From the IMG/VR virus record IMGVR_UViG_3300017782_000002, positions 32,001-96,000 of that record: 64,000 nucleotides of DNA. One strand, written 5' to 3'. The notes under the pieces were generated by a model, which did no database searches, was not told the DNA's origin, and saw only the letters and a program-made list of their open reading frames with translations. Below, piece by piece: positions 18,067 through 26,888 of the stretch; position 1 is the stretch's first letter; each line of letters starts with the position of its first letter. The translations under genes were made by a program, and so were the position numbers. The DNA is from a virus.

Positions 18067-18168
18067 GTATATTATAGTATACAATAGTAAAGGTTAAGAT
18101 TCGGCTACCTTTATTATGGTGATATAAAGCCGTTCTTTTTATTATAAATAAAGACCTGCTAAAACAGG
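18067..18168 (+). promoter_or_regulatory. Promoter GTATATTAT plus structured 5' leader (possible pseudoknot)
   Basis: GTATATTAT at 18067-18075. Stem ATAGTAAAGGT/ACCTTTATTAT (18084-18117); loop CGGCT is complementary to AGCCG (18128-18132). Further hairpins at 18138-18152 and 18155-18168. Confidence 0.5.
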
Positions 18169-18178
18169 CATTTTAAAA

Positions 18179-19357
18179 ATGAGTTATTTCAATCACGCTT
18201 ACAAAAAAACTTTGTTAGCAAACACAGTGAGCACTACAACTGCACACAAAGCGCATACTCTTGCGCCTGCTGCTGTTGCAATGTGTTCTTCAAGCACGTA
18301 TGGTGTAATTAATTACGCTACTACACCAGATGAATTCCTTTTAGTGCAAGGAAACTTAAATAAGACTACGGCTGCAGGTACTGCTGCTACTGTTGCTAAT
18401 GACACTTTAGGTGGAAATAAGCATCACGGTGGTTACGCACACTCAATCAAGTCTAAAGTAATCAAAACTAAATACATTAATAAATTGTGGAAAGAAGCTT
18501 CTGTAGATAATTCAGAACAAACAATTACATTAAGAGTTACAGATGACTGCTATACTTGTACAAAGCATGCTCAATTACGTATTGACCTTAAAGGTGAAGA
18601 GGTACAAAGAGCATTTAACAGAAACTACTACACTGTAGTATCTTCTGAAGGATGTTGTACAATGACTGGTGATTCTGCATCTCTTACTTCTAAAAACATT
18701 GTTGACGGTTGGGCTGCAGCAATTAATGAAGATGAAATGTTATCAGAATTTGTTTCTGCTGCAACTGCTGATCCAGGTGGTCAAACATACTCAACTATAA
18801 CACTTACGTTAAAAGCTGACCGTATGACTAAATTTGATGACTGTTCTTTTGATACAAGAGACTGGTACAATACTGAGCCATTAAAATTAATCTTATCTGA
18901 GATTGATGATGAAGGTGATGCATGTTCTACAGGATGTATTAAAGATAATTCAGGAGTTGATATGCCAGTTGAAGGTTTAAATATTCTTGATTTAGCTGAT
19001 GCAACAAGTGGTGAAACAATCCTTAGAGATCTTATCATGGACGGAAGATACAGAAATGATGGTGGATTTAATCAAGGTAACAGAGATTCTGCACGTTTCA
19101 GAGAAATTGAAAAGTCTGGAAAAGCTGTTATTGGTGCAATTGATAGAAACAGTAGATTTGATGTATTCTATTTACAACACAGTGTGCCACGTTTCAATAA
19201 CCCAACAGGTGTATTTGACAATGATCAGTACGTAATTCAAGTTGCTGCTGACAAAGTTAACAATGCTGCTGCGGTTACTGCATTAGGTAATATGTGGACT
19301 GCAATTGCTGCTAATGCTAAAACTAGTGTTGGTGTTGATACGTACCCTGTAGTATAA
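18179..19357 (+). CDS. Putative auxiliary capsid/decoration protein
   Basis: 392-aa Ala/Thr-rich protein with its own promoter and terminator, suggesting high expression. Position matches the crAss-like auxiliary capsid gene. Confidence 0.55.
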   Translation: MSYFNHAYKKTLLANTVSTTTAHKAHTLAPAAVAMCSSSTYGVINYATTPDEFLLVQGNLNKTTAAGTAATVANDTLGGNKHHGGYAHSIKSKVIKTKYINKLWKEASVDNSEQTITLRVTDDCYTCTKHAQLRIDLKGEEVQRAFNRNYYTVVSSEGCCTMTGDSASLTSKNIVDGWAAAINEDEMLSEFVSAATADPGGQTYSTITLTLKADRMTKFDDCSFDTRDWYNTEPLKLILSEIDDEGDACSTGCIKDNSGVDMPVEGLNILDLADATSGETILRDLIMDGRYRNDGGFNQGNRDSARFREIEKSGKAVIGAIDRNSRFDVFYLQHSVPRFNNPTGVFDNDQYVIQVAADKVNNAAAVTALGNMWTAIAANAKTSVGVDTYPVV

Positions 19358-19384
19358 TACTATAGAGTTAGTTAATATTCTTAG

Positions 19385-19414
19385 AAGGGTGGGATTAAGT
19401 TCTCACCCTTTTTT
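19385..19414 (+). terminator. Rho-independent terminator
   Basis: AAGGGTGGGA-TTAAGT-TCTCACCCTT followed by TTTT. Confidence 0.85.
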
Positions 19415-19437
19415 GTTTTATAATTGAGTGTTTTTTT

Positions 19438-19446
19438 GTATATTAT
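19438..19446 (+). promoter_or_regulatory. Putative late promoter element GTATATTAT
   Basis: Same motif as at 18067, 25122 and 41726; lies directly after a terminator. Confidence 0.5.
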
Positions 19447-19484
19447 TAATAGATACTAAATGCATTTTAATTAACTATACATAA

Positions 19485-20069
19485 ATGGCTGCCAAACACA
19501 TACTAAGTTTAGAAGTTCTTGATGTCTCAAATACTAAATATTTATCTATTAGAGATACTAGTAAGTACGCAAAAGGTCTTGGTACTGACTGTGCAGAACT
19601 ACTAATAACTCCGCCACCTGCTACAGGTACAACAAATAAAAAAACATCTATAATAGAAGTCAAGCCTGGATTTGATTTAAACATTACTGCATGTGCTATG
19701 AATTTACAGCTTATGAGTTGTAATGAAATTAGAACAGATATACCTGACGGAGTGTATGTTATTAAATACCAATTATCACCTCATGATAAAACTTATGTAG
19801 AATATAACTACTTAAGAACCACAGGTTTAATGAAGATGTATTATGAAAAATTATGTAAATTAGAATTAGCTGCATGTGAACCTGACTCTACTAGAAAGAA
19901 ATTAATGTCAGAAATGAATGTTATAAGAATGTTAATAGATGGAGCTAAATCAAAAGTTGAATATTGTTCACAACCTGATGCGGGTATGGAACTATTTAAC
20001 TATGCAAAGAAAAAATTAGAAAGAATAGTCTGCAAACAATGTGAAGGACTAAGTAAAGTAAATAGATAA
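19485..20069 (+). CDS. Putative tail-associated structural protein
   Basis: Beta-rich N-terminus (IPDGVYVIKY) and helical C-terminus; precedes the fibre-like genes. Confidence 0.5.
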   Translation: MAAKHILSLEVLDVSNTKYLSIRDTSKYAKGLGTDCAELLITPPPATGTTNKKTSIIEVKPGFDLNITACAMNLQLMSCNEIRTDIPDGVYVIKYQLSPHDKTYVEYNYLRTTGLMKMYYEKLCKLELAACEPDSTRKKLMSEMNVIRMLIDGAKSKVEYCSQPDAGMELFNYAKKKLERIVCKQCEGLSKVNR

Positions 20070-20088
20070 TAACCAAAACCAATAAGTA

Positions 20089-20250
20089 ATGCCAGGAGTA
20101 GTAAACGGAGTCAATTGCAATCATTGTCACAAACCATTTAGTTGTGGATGTCAAAAAACAACAGATGACAACGGAAATACAGTTCACAAAGGATGCGTAA
20201 ACCAAGCAAATGCAATAATAAGAACACAAAATGCTAATCAAAACGCATAG
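20089..20250 (+). CDS. 53-aa Cys/His-rich protein (not in ORF track)
   Basis: Translates MPGVVNGVNCNHCHKPFSCGCQKTTDDNGNTVHKGCVNQANAIIRTQNANQNA, with an AACCAA-rich leader. Confidence 0.75.
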   Translation: MPGVVNGVNCNHCHKPFSCGCQKTTDDNGNTVHKGCVNQANAIIRTQNANQNA

Positions 20251-20261
20251 AAAATTAAAAG

Positions 20262-23200
20262 ATGACCTTAAATAACACTCTTTATTACAATTGGAAAAAG
20301 CATGACGGAAGCTGTGGATCAGGAGCAATTACAGGTTCAATAACTAGTGCATCTGCAGTTGATACATTATATACAAAAAGATTAGGTTCTTGGTATTTTT
20401 ATCAGGGTATGGGTCAACCTTCTATTGGTACATTTGTATGTTATAATGGTATTTGTTATGAATACATGGGTACTACGCAAGATGCTGCAGGCGGTGGAGT
20501 AGAATATGATGCTATAATACCATCACCTGCATTAACATCATCAAATCATTTTCCTAATTGTTTTGGATGTTTGTCTGGATGTGCTGCACAACAAACATAC
20601 CATGCTTTTGAAATGTGTAACAATTTAGGTGCTGTAGGTATAGGACTAGAAAATACTAGTACAATAACTGTAGGATCAAATGCTAATGTTTATGCAGGAT
20701 TAGGTTCTCCAGCATTAAACAAAACAGCTACATATAACGGAATATGCATTATATATAAAGGAATGTATATGAGTAATGATGCTGTAATAACAAGCAGTCC
20801 ATTTATATTTAATGTAAACACAACACCTTATACAACTCCTCATGTACATAATGATAATTGTGCTGCATGTCAAGGTACAGGTGTAGATACATTCCATGAA
20901 TGGAAAGTGTGTGGTGGTACTGAAGTCATAAATTTATTAGCCGTGGGTGATGCTAATAGTGCTGCTAATAATGAAACATTTTATTTAAGTGCAGGATCAC
21001 CTAGTGTAGGAACTGTTACTAATTTAAACCCTGCTGTTTCAAGTAGAGCTGGTAATTGTTGGGAGTATGTGGGAACAAATGCTGCACCTGCTGCTTCAGG
21101 AATGCAAAATATTGCGGTAGTATCACCAGCATCATATGCTGATTGCACAACATGTTTAAACCCAGGCACAGGAGGTTGTACTGACATTACAGCAACAAAC
21201 TATAATCCTTCAGCTACTTTTGATGATGGTTCATGTTTATATTCTGCAGGTTGTACGGATCCAACAGCTTCTAATTATAATGCTGCAGCTACTGTAGATG
21301 ATGGTAGTTGTTATTATTGTGTATATGGTTGTATGGACCAAAGTGCTAACAACTATAATGCTGCTGCTACATGTGATGATTCAACTTGTAGGTATACTGT
21401 AGGAGGTGGAGCAGGTACATGTGATATATCTTTTTCAGAACTTTGTGCTGCAGATGGAACTTCTACAGTAACAGTAGATCTATCAGCAGGAACAGGAATA
21501 AAAAATATAACAGCAAAACTTCAAGGTACAACAGTAAGTTCACAAACATGTGGAACACCTACTGATATTAATATTACAGGGGTATTACAAAATCAAACAA
21601 TAAATGTTACTGGAGAATGCTCATATGAAAAAGAAGATTATGATGCAGCTAGTGCAGCACCACAACCAGGATGGGCTGGTGCAGAATGTGGTCAAGTTAC
21701 TGTAAGTTCTAATACAAAAGTATATGCATTTTATGATGGTACATCTTTAGGTGCAACACCAGCTAAAAATGCTTATAAAGCATTAATGGGATGGTTAAAA
21801 GGTGTTGCAAATTTTACTGTAGATACAGTACATGGTTCTCCTACACAAAATGTATTTCATACTACAGTAGCAGGAGAAAGATGGTTAGATTGGGGAACAT
21901 CAGTATTAACAGGTAAATTTAACAATGATAATTTACCTCAACAAATTTCATTAAATGGTGGAGCTTTAAGCACTATATATAACTGTACTGCAGGATCAGA
22001 TTGTGCAACAAAAAAGAATGCTACAGCAGATGAATTTATAGGTGCTGCCTTTGAATCACCTGTTAGCGGCTCTAAAGCAATAGCAATAGCTAACTGGGCT
22101 TATGATACAGCTACTGAAAGTGCTAACGGATATACTTGGACTGTAGATGAATTTTATGATACTGCTGAAGGTACTTTAATAGGTCAACCAATGCTTGATT
22201 ATAATACTTCTAATAATAACGGTGCACAAACTTGGAATGGTTATCCACCACAAGCATCAAATACAGATGATGTATTAGTAGTTATTTTTGCAGATGAGTC
22301 TATGTGGGCTTATCATGTAGGTCAACAAAATGAATTTACAAATTCTACTAATCCTTATACACATTCTTCTGGTGGAAATAGTTACGCAAATATTGATCCT
22401 CAACAACCTACTCCCCAATATAAAGCTGATTATGATAAGTTTAAAGCAATTTATACAGGACACGGAGGATCATACAGAGCTTTCTTATACCCTTCTAGAC
22501 CTACTAGCGTATCTACATCTGGTGGACATAAAATGTTCCCACTACACGCTCTAGCGTCAATTCATAGTGGTAATAATGTTCCTGCAGATGGTATGTGGCA
22601 AACAGGTACTTCTCCTACTAATGCTTATAGTACTATAGATATAATAGAAACTGAAAATCCTTATTGGACAGGTTTATCACCAACTTATGGTGGATTAGAT
22701 CAATCTGGATGGGGAGTTAATGTAGCAGGTGTCTCTTTTGATGCAACTACTTTTCAAAATGACTTAGAAGTATTTCTTGGTTTAAATGCACAAACTTGTG
22801 ATGGATCACAATGTACAGTTATACAAGTATTAGATGAAAACGGTGTTCCTGTTTCAAGTTACCCAATAGACGTAAACGGTACAAACATTGGCTCAACGGA
22901 TGCTGCTGGACAAATTACAACAACTATTAATGCATCTGGCTCAGTAGTTATAAACGGTTGTTATACATTTAATGCTACTGGTAATTGTTTACAATCTCTA
23001 ATTACAATAAATACAATAAGTGCAAATTATACTTCTAATTTAAATTGTATTACGGGTTGTACAGATCCTCTATCTTGGAATTATAACGCTCTTGCAGGTA
23101 TAGATGACGGTTCTTGTATGTACCCTTTAACAGAAGAAGAAGAACTTTCAAGATGTGAAAAAGTTAAATTAGATACAGAGTGTCAATTTGCTACTGATGT

Positions 23201-25091
23201 ATTTAACTTATACAAATATGAAAGATATGGTTTAGATAAGGGATGCTTATATAACTTTGATGGACATATTAGCAAAAAATATTCAATGGATTGGGATGAT
23301 AAATTATTACCAGACTTTGGAACAGAATCATATACTAAGACATTACACACAAAAGGTGCAACACCAAAACCACTTTGGGTAGATTCTGCATGCGGAGGCT
23401 CTTCTTGTGACGGATCAGAATGTGTATACTTTTATGTAAAAGATAAAAATGATAAAGCTGTTGAAGACTATGAAATAGTATTAGATGGTATAGTTATAGG
23501 TAAAACAGATGAAAATGGTGAGCTAAGACATTCTATACCAAATGCAGCAGAAGATACAGAACATAAAGTTAATTTCTGCCACTGTTTTACAACAACAGGA
23601 GGTTGCAATTCACAAAGAATAAAAATAACAGTAGAAGGTATAACTGAATGTAATACTTGCGGTTTAGAATCAGTAGCATGCACATGTATACCTACAGAAA
23701 CAGCAGCTGGAGACATAGCTTTAGAAGTATTAGGTTGTACAGATTCTACTGCTACTAATTACAATGCTCTTGCAAATTGTGACGATGGAAGTTGTATAGA
23801 AACAATAGTAGGATGTATGGACCCTACTTCTTTAAATTATAATCCTTGTGCTAATGTTGCATGTAGTAGCTGCTGTTGTTCAGTAGCAGGATGTATGGAT
23901 GCAACAGCTGATAATTATAATGCTTCAGCTTGTTTAGATGATGGTTCTTGTGAATACACAGGATGTATGGATACTGCTGCTAGTAATTACAACTCTAGTG
24001 CAAACGTAGCATGTAGTAGTTGTTGTACATACCCTGGTTGTACAAATGCAACAGCGTTAAACTATGATCCAAATGCTAATGTAGATGACGGATCATGTAT
24101 ATTACCTGTGTATGGTTGTATGGATTCAACTGCTTTAAACTATAATGCAGCTGCAAACGTAGATGATGGTTCATGTACTTACTGTGTGTATGGATGTATG
24201 GATGCTACAGCGTCTAACTACAACTCTTTAGCTACATGTACTGACGGAAGCTGTACTTATCCAATTCAAGGATGTACTGACGCTAGTGCTTGTAATTATG
24301 ATCCTCTTGCAACACAAGATGACGGTTCTTGTTTAACAGTTCCTACAATGGATCTTGGTTCTACAAACTTTGGTATTAATACTCCTAACTTATTACAACA
24401 AGATGGTAGTGGTGTTAGTGGTCTTGGTTGTGCAACTTACTATATGCAAGCTTATCCTTATGAAGTAGGTGAGCCATTCTATGGTGGACACGTTACAAAA
24501 AATATTTCTGGTAGTTTTGTTTTAGGTGGTACAGGTAATCATGTAGGAAATGTATGGACAGAATCTTATTTCTTTGAATTAGGTACTGATGCTGCAAATG
24601 GTAATCCTCCATTAACTATAGGTAATCAATATTGTATAACATGGGCTGAGATTGTAATGGCTTTAAGATCTAGTGGTCAATGTTCTGATTGTTTAATGGG
24701 AGGTTGGGGTGTTAGAATAGATCAAGGTACAGGTACTCCTACTACAGCTGATCTTAATAGTGCAACTAATTTATATGATCCTGTAGCTCTTGGTACTTTA
24801 AGTACAGCTAATGCTTTAATTCATAACTCTGCATGTCAAACAAACGATGTTGGAAATGCTAATGGTGTTAACTCACCAGGTGCTCCAAATGGAAGTCACT
24901 CTAATTGGGTTGACAAATGTATTACGTTTACAGCTACTGCATCACAACACAGAATACACATGTATGTAATTACTGATTATAACCAATGTACTTCTTGTAC
25001 TTCACATTCTGGATCTAGTGTCCACGGATCATACATGGGTATATCAAAAGTACAGATAAGTACAAGCTGTAGTGGTAGTTGTAATTGCTAG
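20262..25091 (+). CDS. Large Cys-rich repeat fibre/adhesin-like virion protein (1609 aa)
   Basis: Three N-terminal Cys-bounded repeats, 12 GC(T/M)D..A.NY...A..DDGSC-type repeats, a degenerate vWA-like region, two Ig/Cna-B-like segments and a beta-rich C-terminal domain. Confidence 0.7.
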   Translation: MTLNNTLYYNWKKHDGSCGSGAITGSITSASAVDTLYTKRLGSWYFYQGMGQPSIGTFVCYNGICYEYMGTTQDAAGGGVEYDAIIPSPALTSSNHFPNCFGCLSGCAAQQTYHAFEMCNNLGAVGIGLENTSTITVGSNANVYAGLGSPALNKTATYNGICIIYKGMYMSNDAVITSSPFIFNVNTTPYTTPHVHNDNCAACQGTGVDTFHEWKVCGGTEVINLLAVGDANSAANNETFYLSAGSPSVGTVTNLNPAVSSRAGNCWEYVGTNAAPAASGMQNIAVVSPASYADCTTCLNPGTGGCTDITATNYNPSATFDDGSCLYSAGCTDPTASNYNAAATVDDGSCYYCVYGCMDQSANNYNAAATCDDSTCRYTVGGGAGTCDISFSELCAADGTSTVTVDLSAGTGIKNITAKLQGTTVSSQTCGTPTDINITGVLQNQTINVTGECSYEKEDYDAASAAPQPGWAGAECGQVTVSSNTKVYAFYDGTSLGATPAKNAYKALMGWLKGVANFTVDTVHGSPTQNVFHTTVAGERWLDWGTSVLTGKFNNDNLPQQISLNGGALSTIYNCTAGSDCATKKNATADEFIGAAFESPVSGSKAIAIANWAYDTATESANGYTWTVDEFYDTAEGTLIGQPMLDYNTSNNNGAQTWNGYPPQASNTDDVLVVIFADESMWAYHVGQQNEFTNSTNPYTHSSGGNSYANIDPQQPTPQYKADYDKFKAIYTGHGGSYRAFLYPSRPTSVSTSGGHKMFPLHALASIHSGNNVPADGMWQTGTSPTNAYSTIDIIETENPYWTGLSPTYGGLDQSGWGVNVAGVSFDATTFQNDLEVFLGLNAQTCDGSQCTVIQVLDENGVPVSSYPIDVNGTNIGSTDAAGQITTTINASGSVVINGCYTFNATGNCLQSLITINTISANYTSNLNCITGCTDPLSWNYNALAGIDDGSCMYPLTEEEELSRCEKVKLDTECQFATDVFNLYKYERYGLDKGCLYNFDGHISKKYSMDWDDKLLPDFGTESYTKTLHTKGATPKPLWVDSACGGSSCDGSECVYFYVKDKNDKAVEDYEIVLDGIVIGKTDENGELRHSIPNAAEDTEHKVNFCHCFTTTGGCNSQRIKITVEGITECNTCGLESVACTCIPTETAAGDIALEVLGCTDSTATNYNALANCDDGSCIETIVGCMDPTSLNYNPCANVACSSCCCSVAGCMDATADNYNASACLDDGSCEYTGCMDTAASNYNSSANVACSSCCTYPGCTNATALNYDPNANVDDGSCILPVYGCMDSTALNYNAAANVDDGSCTYCVYGCMDATASNYNSLATCTDGSCTYPIQGCTDASACNYDPLATQDDGSCLTVPTMDLGSTNFGINTPNLLQQDGSGVSGLGCATYYMQAYPYEVGEPFYGGHVTKNISGSFVLGGTGNHVGNVWTESYFFELGTDAANGNPPLTIGNQYCITWAEIVMALRSSGQCSDCLMGGWGVRIDQGTGTPTTADLNSATNLYDPVALGTLSTANALIHNSACQTNDVGNANGVNSPGAPNGSHSNWVDKCITFTATASQHRIHMYVITDYNQCTSCTSHSGSSVHGSYMGISKVQISTSCSGSCNC
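21174..21389 (+). repeat. GCxDxxAxNY..DDGSC repeat cluster 1 (3 units)
   Basis: GCTDITATNYNPSATFDDGSC, GCTDPTASNYNAAATVDDGSC, GCMDQSANNYNAAATCDDSTC. Confidence 0.9.
23733..24332 (+). repeat. GCxDxxAxNY..DDGSC repeat cluster 2 (8 units; one more unit at 23055-23117)
   Basis: Eight tandem ~25-aa units, two of them with an ANVACSSCC variant ending. Confidence 0.9.
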
Positions 25092-25098
25092 GTAAATG

Positions 25099-25130
25099 TT
25101 TGCTTATAAGATGAATAATTTGTATATTAT
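25099..25130 (+). promoter_or_regulatory. Putative promoter TTTG-N20-TATATTAT
   Basis: TTTG at 25099-25102 and TATATTAT at 25123-25130, with spacing typical of Bacteroidota -33/-7 elements. Confidence 0.55.
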
Positions 25131-25155
25131 TATATACTAGTAAAGAAAATTAACT

Positions 25156-26202
25156 ATGGCTTTTGAAAGTTCAGATAAATCAGGTTTAAATAACGGGCGT
25201 ACAGCACGTTTAGATATTAGCAATATTAACCAAGGTGGTCTTAAAGGTGAAAGAGCTGCTACTGATGAACAGTTATTGCAATTGATTATTGATAATCTTG
25301 CAGGAGCACAAGTACCAGCAGGAACACAAGACTTAAATAATGATGGTAAAATTGATGTTAATGATTTGATATTCAGTGTTTCAGAAGCTTACAAAAGATA
25401 TGCAAAAACACAATCTGATAAAGTTACATTACCTAACTTAATAGATTCTCTTACAAAAGGTATAGCTGTTTTACATACAGATTTAAGCATACAGAAAAAA
25501 ATATCACAAGGTTTAGAAGCACAATTATTAGAGCAAAAGAAAAAAGCTGTTGGTGAAGCTAATCCAAGAATATACTCTAGTGGTACAGTAGAACAAAATA
25601 AACTGCATCCTATAGAAAAAATAGTACAAGCTACTGAAGCAAAGGTTGTAAGTACTGAAAAATTAGTAGGAACAACTACAGATATAGCAAAAAGTATTAG
25701 TGCACAAATAACAGATTTACATAAACCATTAACAGAATATGCAGGACCTGTAGTTCATGGTGCTAACAATTTAGCAGATACTATAAAAAATATGTGGACA
25801 GTTATTGGTGATCTTAGAAACACAGTTACTATATTACTAGAAGAAACAAGTAACACACTTAAAGTTGGAAGAATGGGAGATATATATACTTTCTTTTTAA
25901 GTAGAAATACTTGTGAAAATCTAATAGCAAATGCACAATCAATAGATGGTGCAGGAGGAAATGCAAGAGATTTATGGAATGAAACTGGAGCTTTATATGA
26001 TCCTAGTGTACCGGCATTCACAAGTAACGTACCTTCAGTTTCATCTGAATGTTTAAATGGAGCTTGGTATTGTGTAACGGGAAGTAAAGGTGGAAACACT
26101 CTAGCTCAATATAGCAGGACTGCACCATTTTGGAAAAATATTGGTTCAGTTTGTCCAGCACCTAAGAAAACATACAGTGACCCAAGTAGTTTAGAAGTAT
26201 AA
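25156..26202 (+). CDS. Hypothetical virion protein with EF-hand/dockerin-like loop and coiled coil
   Basis: DLNNDGKIDVNDL Ca-binding-type loop, central coiled coil, Cys-containing C-terminus. Confidence 0.55.
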   Translation: MAFESSDKSGLNNGRTARLDISNINQGGLKGERAATDEQLLQLIIDNLAGAQVPAGTQDLNNDGKIDVNDLIFSVSEAYKRYAKTQSDKVTLPNLIDSLTKGIAVLHTDLSIQKKISQGLEAQLLEQKKKAVGEANPRIYSSGTVEQNKLHPIEKIVQATEAKVVSTEKLVGTTTDIAKSISAQITDLHKPLTEYAGPVVHGANNLADTIKNMWTVIGDLRNTVTILLEETSNTLKVGRMGDIYTFFLSRNTCENLIANAQSIDGAGGNARDLWNETGALYDPSVPAFTSNVPSVSSECLNGAWYCVTGSKGGNTLAQYSRTAPFWKNIGSVCPAPKKTYSDPSSLEV

Positions 26203-26215
26203 AAAAATAAAAAAA

Positions 26216-26752
26216 ATGAGCAATTGTACAGACAATCCATGTGATAAATTACCTTGCGGGTGTGATCAAACAGCTTACACACATACGTGTGAGTTATCAA
26301 ACTGTAACACACCTATTGAAAGATGTGAAGAATTACTATGCTCAAATTGTGTTTCTCATTGTTATGATAAATTTAGCTATACTGTAAATGGTGCTAATGA
26401 TATTATAGTAGAAAATGGAGAAAGATTATTATCAACACTACAAAGAATGATTATATCAACTGCAGGTGGAGATTGTTTTACAAAAGCAGCAGTTGGTGTA
26501 AGAACTTCTGGTATAACTGCTACAAGTATATTTGTTACATGGACTGCACCGCAAACACCAGCAGCTCCTACTTATACTGTTCAGTATAGAGTAGCAGGTA
26601 CTGCAACATGGACAGATGCTGTTACAGGTTTATCTGCAACAACATTTAGTTATAACATAGCTTGTTTAACTGCAGCAACTGCTTATGAATTAAGAATAAT
26701 AGCATCAGATGCAAATTGTCCTTCTGTGACTATTTATGCATCAACATTATAA
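26216..26752 (+). CDS. Cys-rich protein with C-terminal fibronectin type III domain
   Basis: ITATSIFVTWTAP..YTVQYR..W..LTAATAYELRI is a canonical FN3 pattern. Confidence 0.85.
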   Translation: MSNCTDNPCDKLPCGCDQTAYTHTCELSNCNTPIERCEELLCSNCVSHCYDKFSYTVNGANDIIVENGERLLSTLQRMIISTAGGDCFTKAAVGVRTSGITATSIFVTWTAPQTPAAPTYTVQYRVAGTATWTDAVTGLSATTFSYNIACLTAATAYELRIIASDANCPSVTIYASTL

Positions 26753-26800
26753 AGAGACAAGAAAGTGAAGGTTTATTGGTTTTCCAACACTTAATTGTAT

Positions 26801-26836
26801 GAGGCCTGGGGTTAACACCGGGCCTCTTTCTTTTTT
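26801..26836 (+). terminator. Rho-independent terminator
   Basis: GAGGCCTGG-GGTTAACA-CCGGGCCTC followed by TTTCTTTTTT. Confidence 0.85.
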
Positions 26837-26853
26837 GTGAATAAATTTTTTTG

Positions 26854-26861
26854 TATCTTTG
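26854..26861 (+). promoter_or_regulatory. Bacteroidota sigma-A -7 element TATCTTTG
   Basis: Exact TAnnTTTG match, 27 nt before the ATG at 26889. Confidence 0.65.
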
Positions 26862-26888
26862 CTTCATATTAACTAAATAAAATTATAA

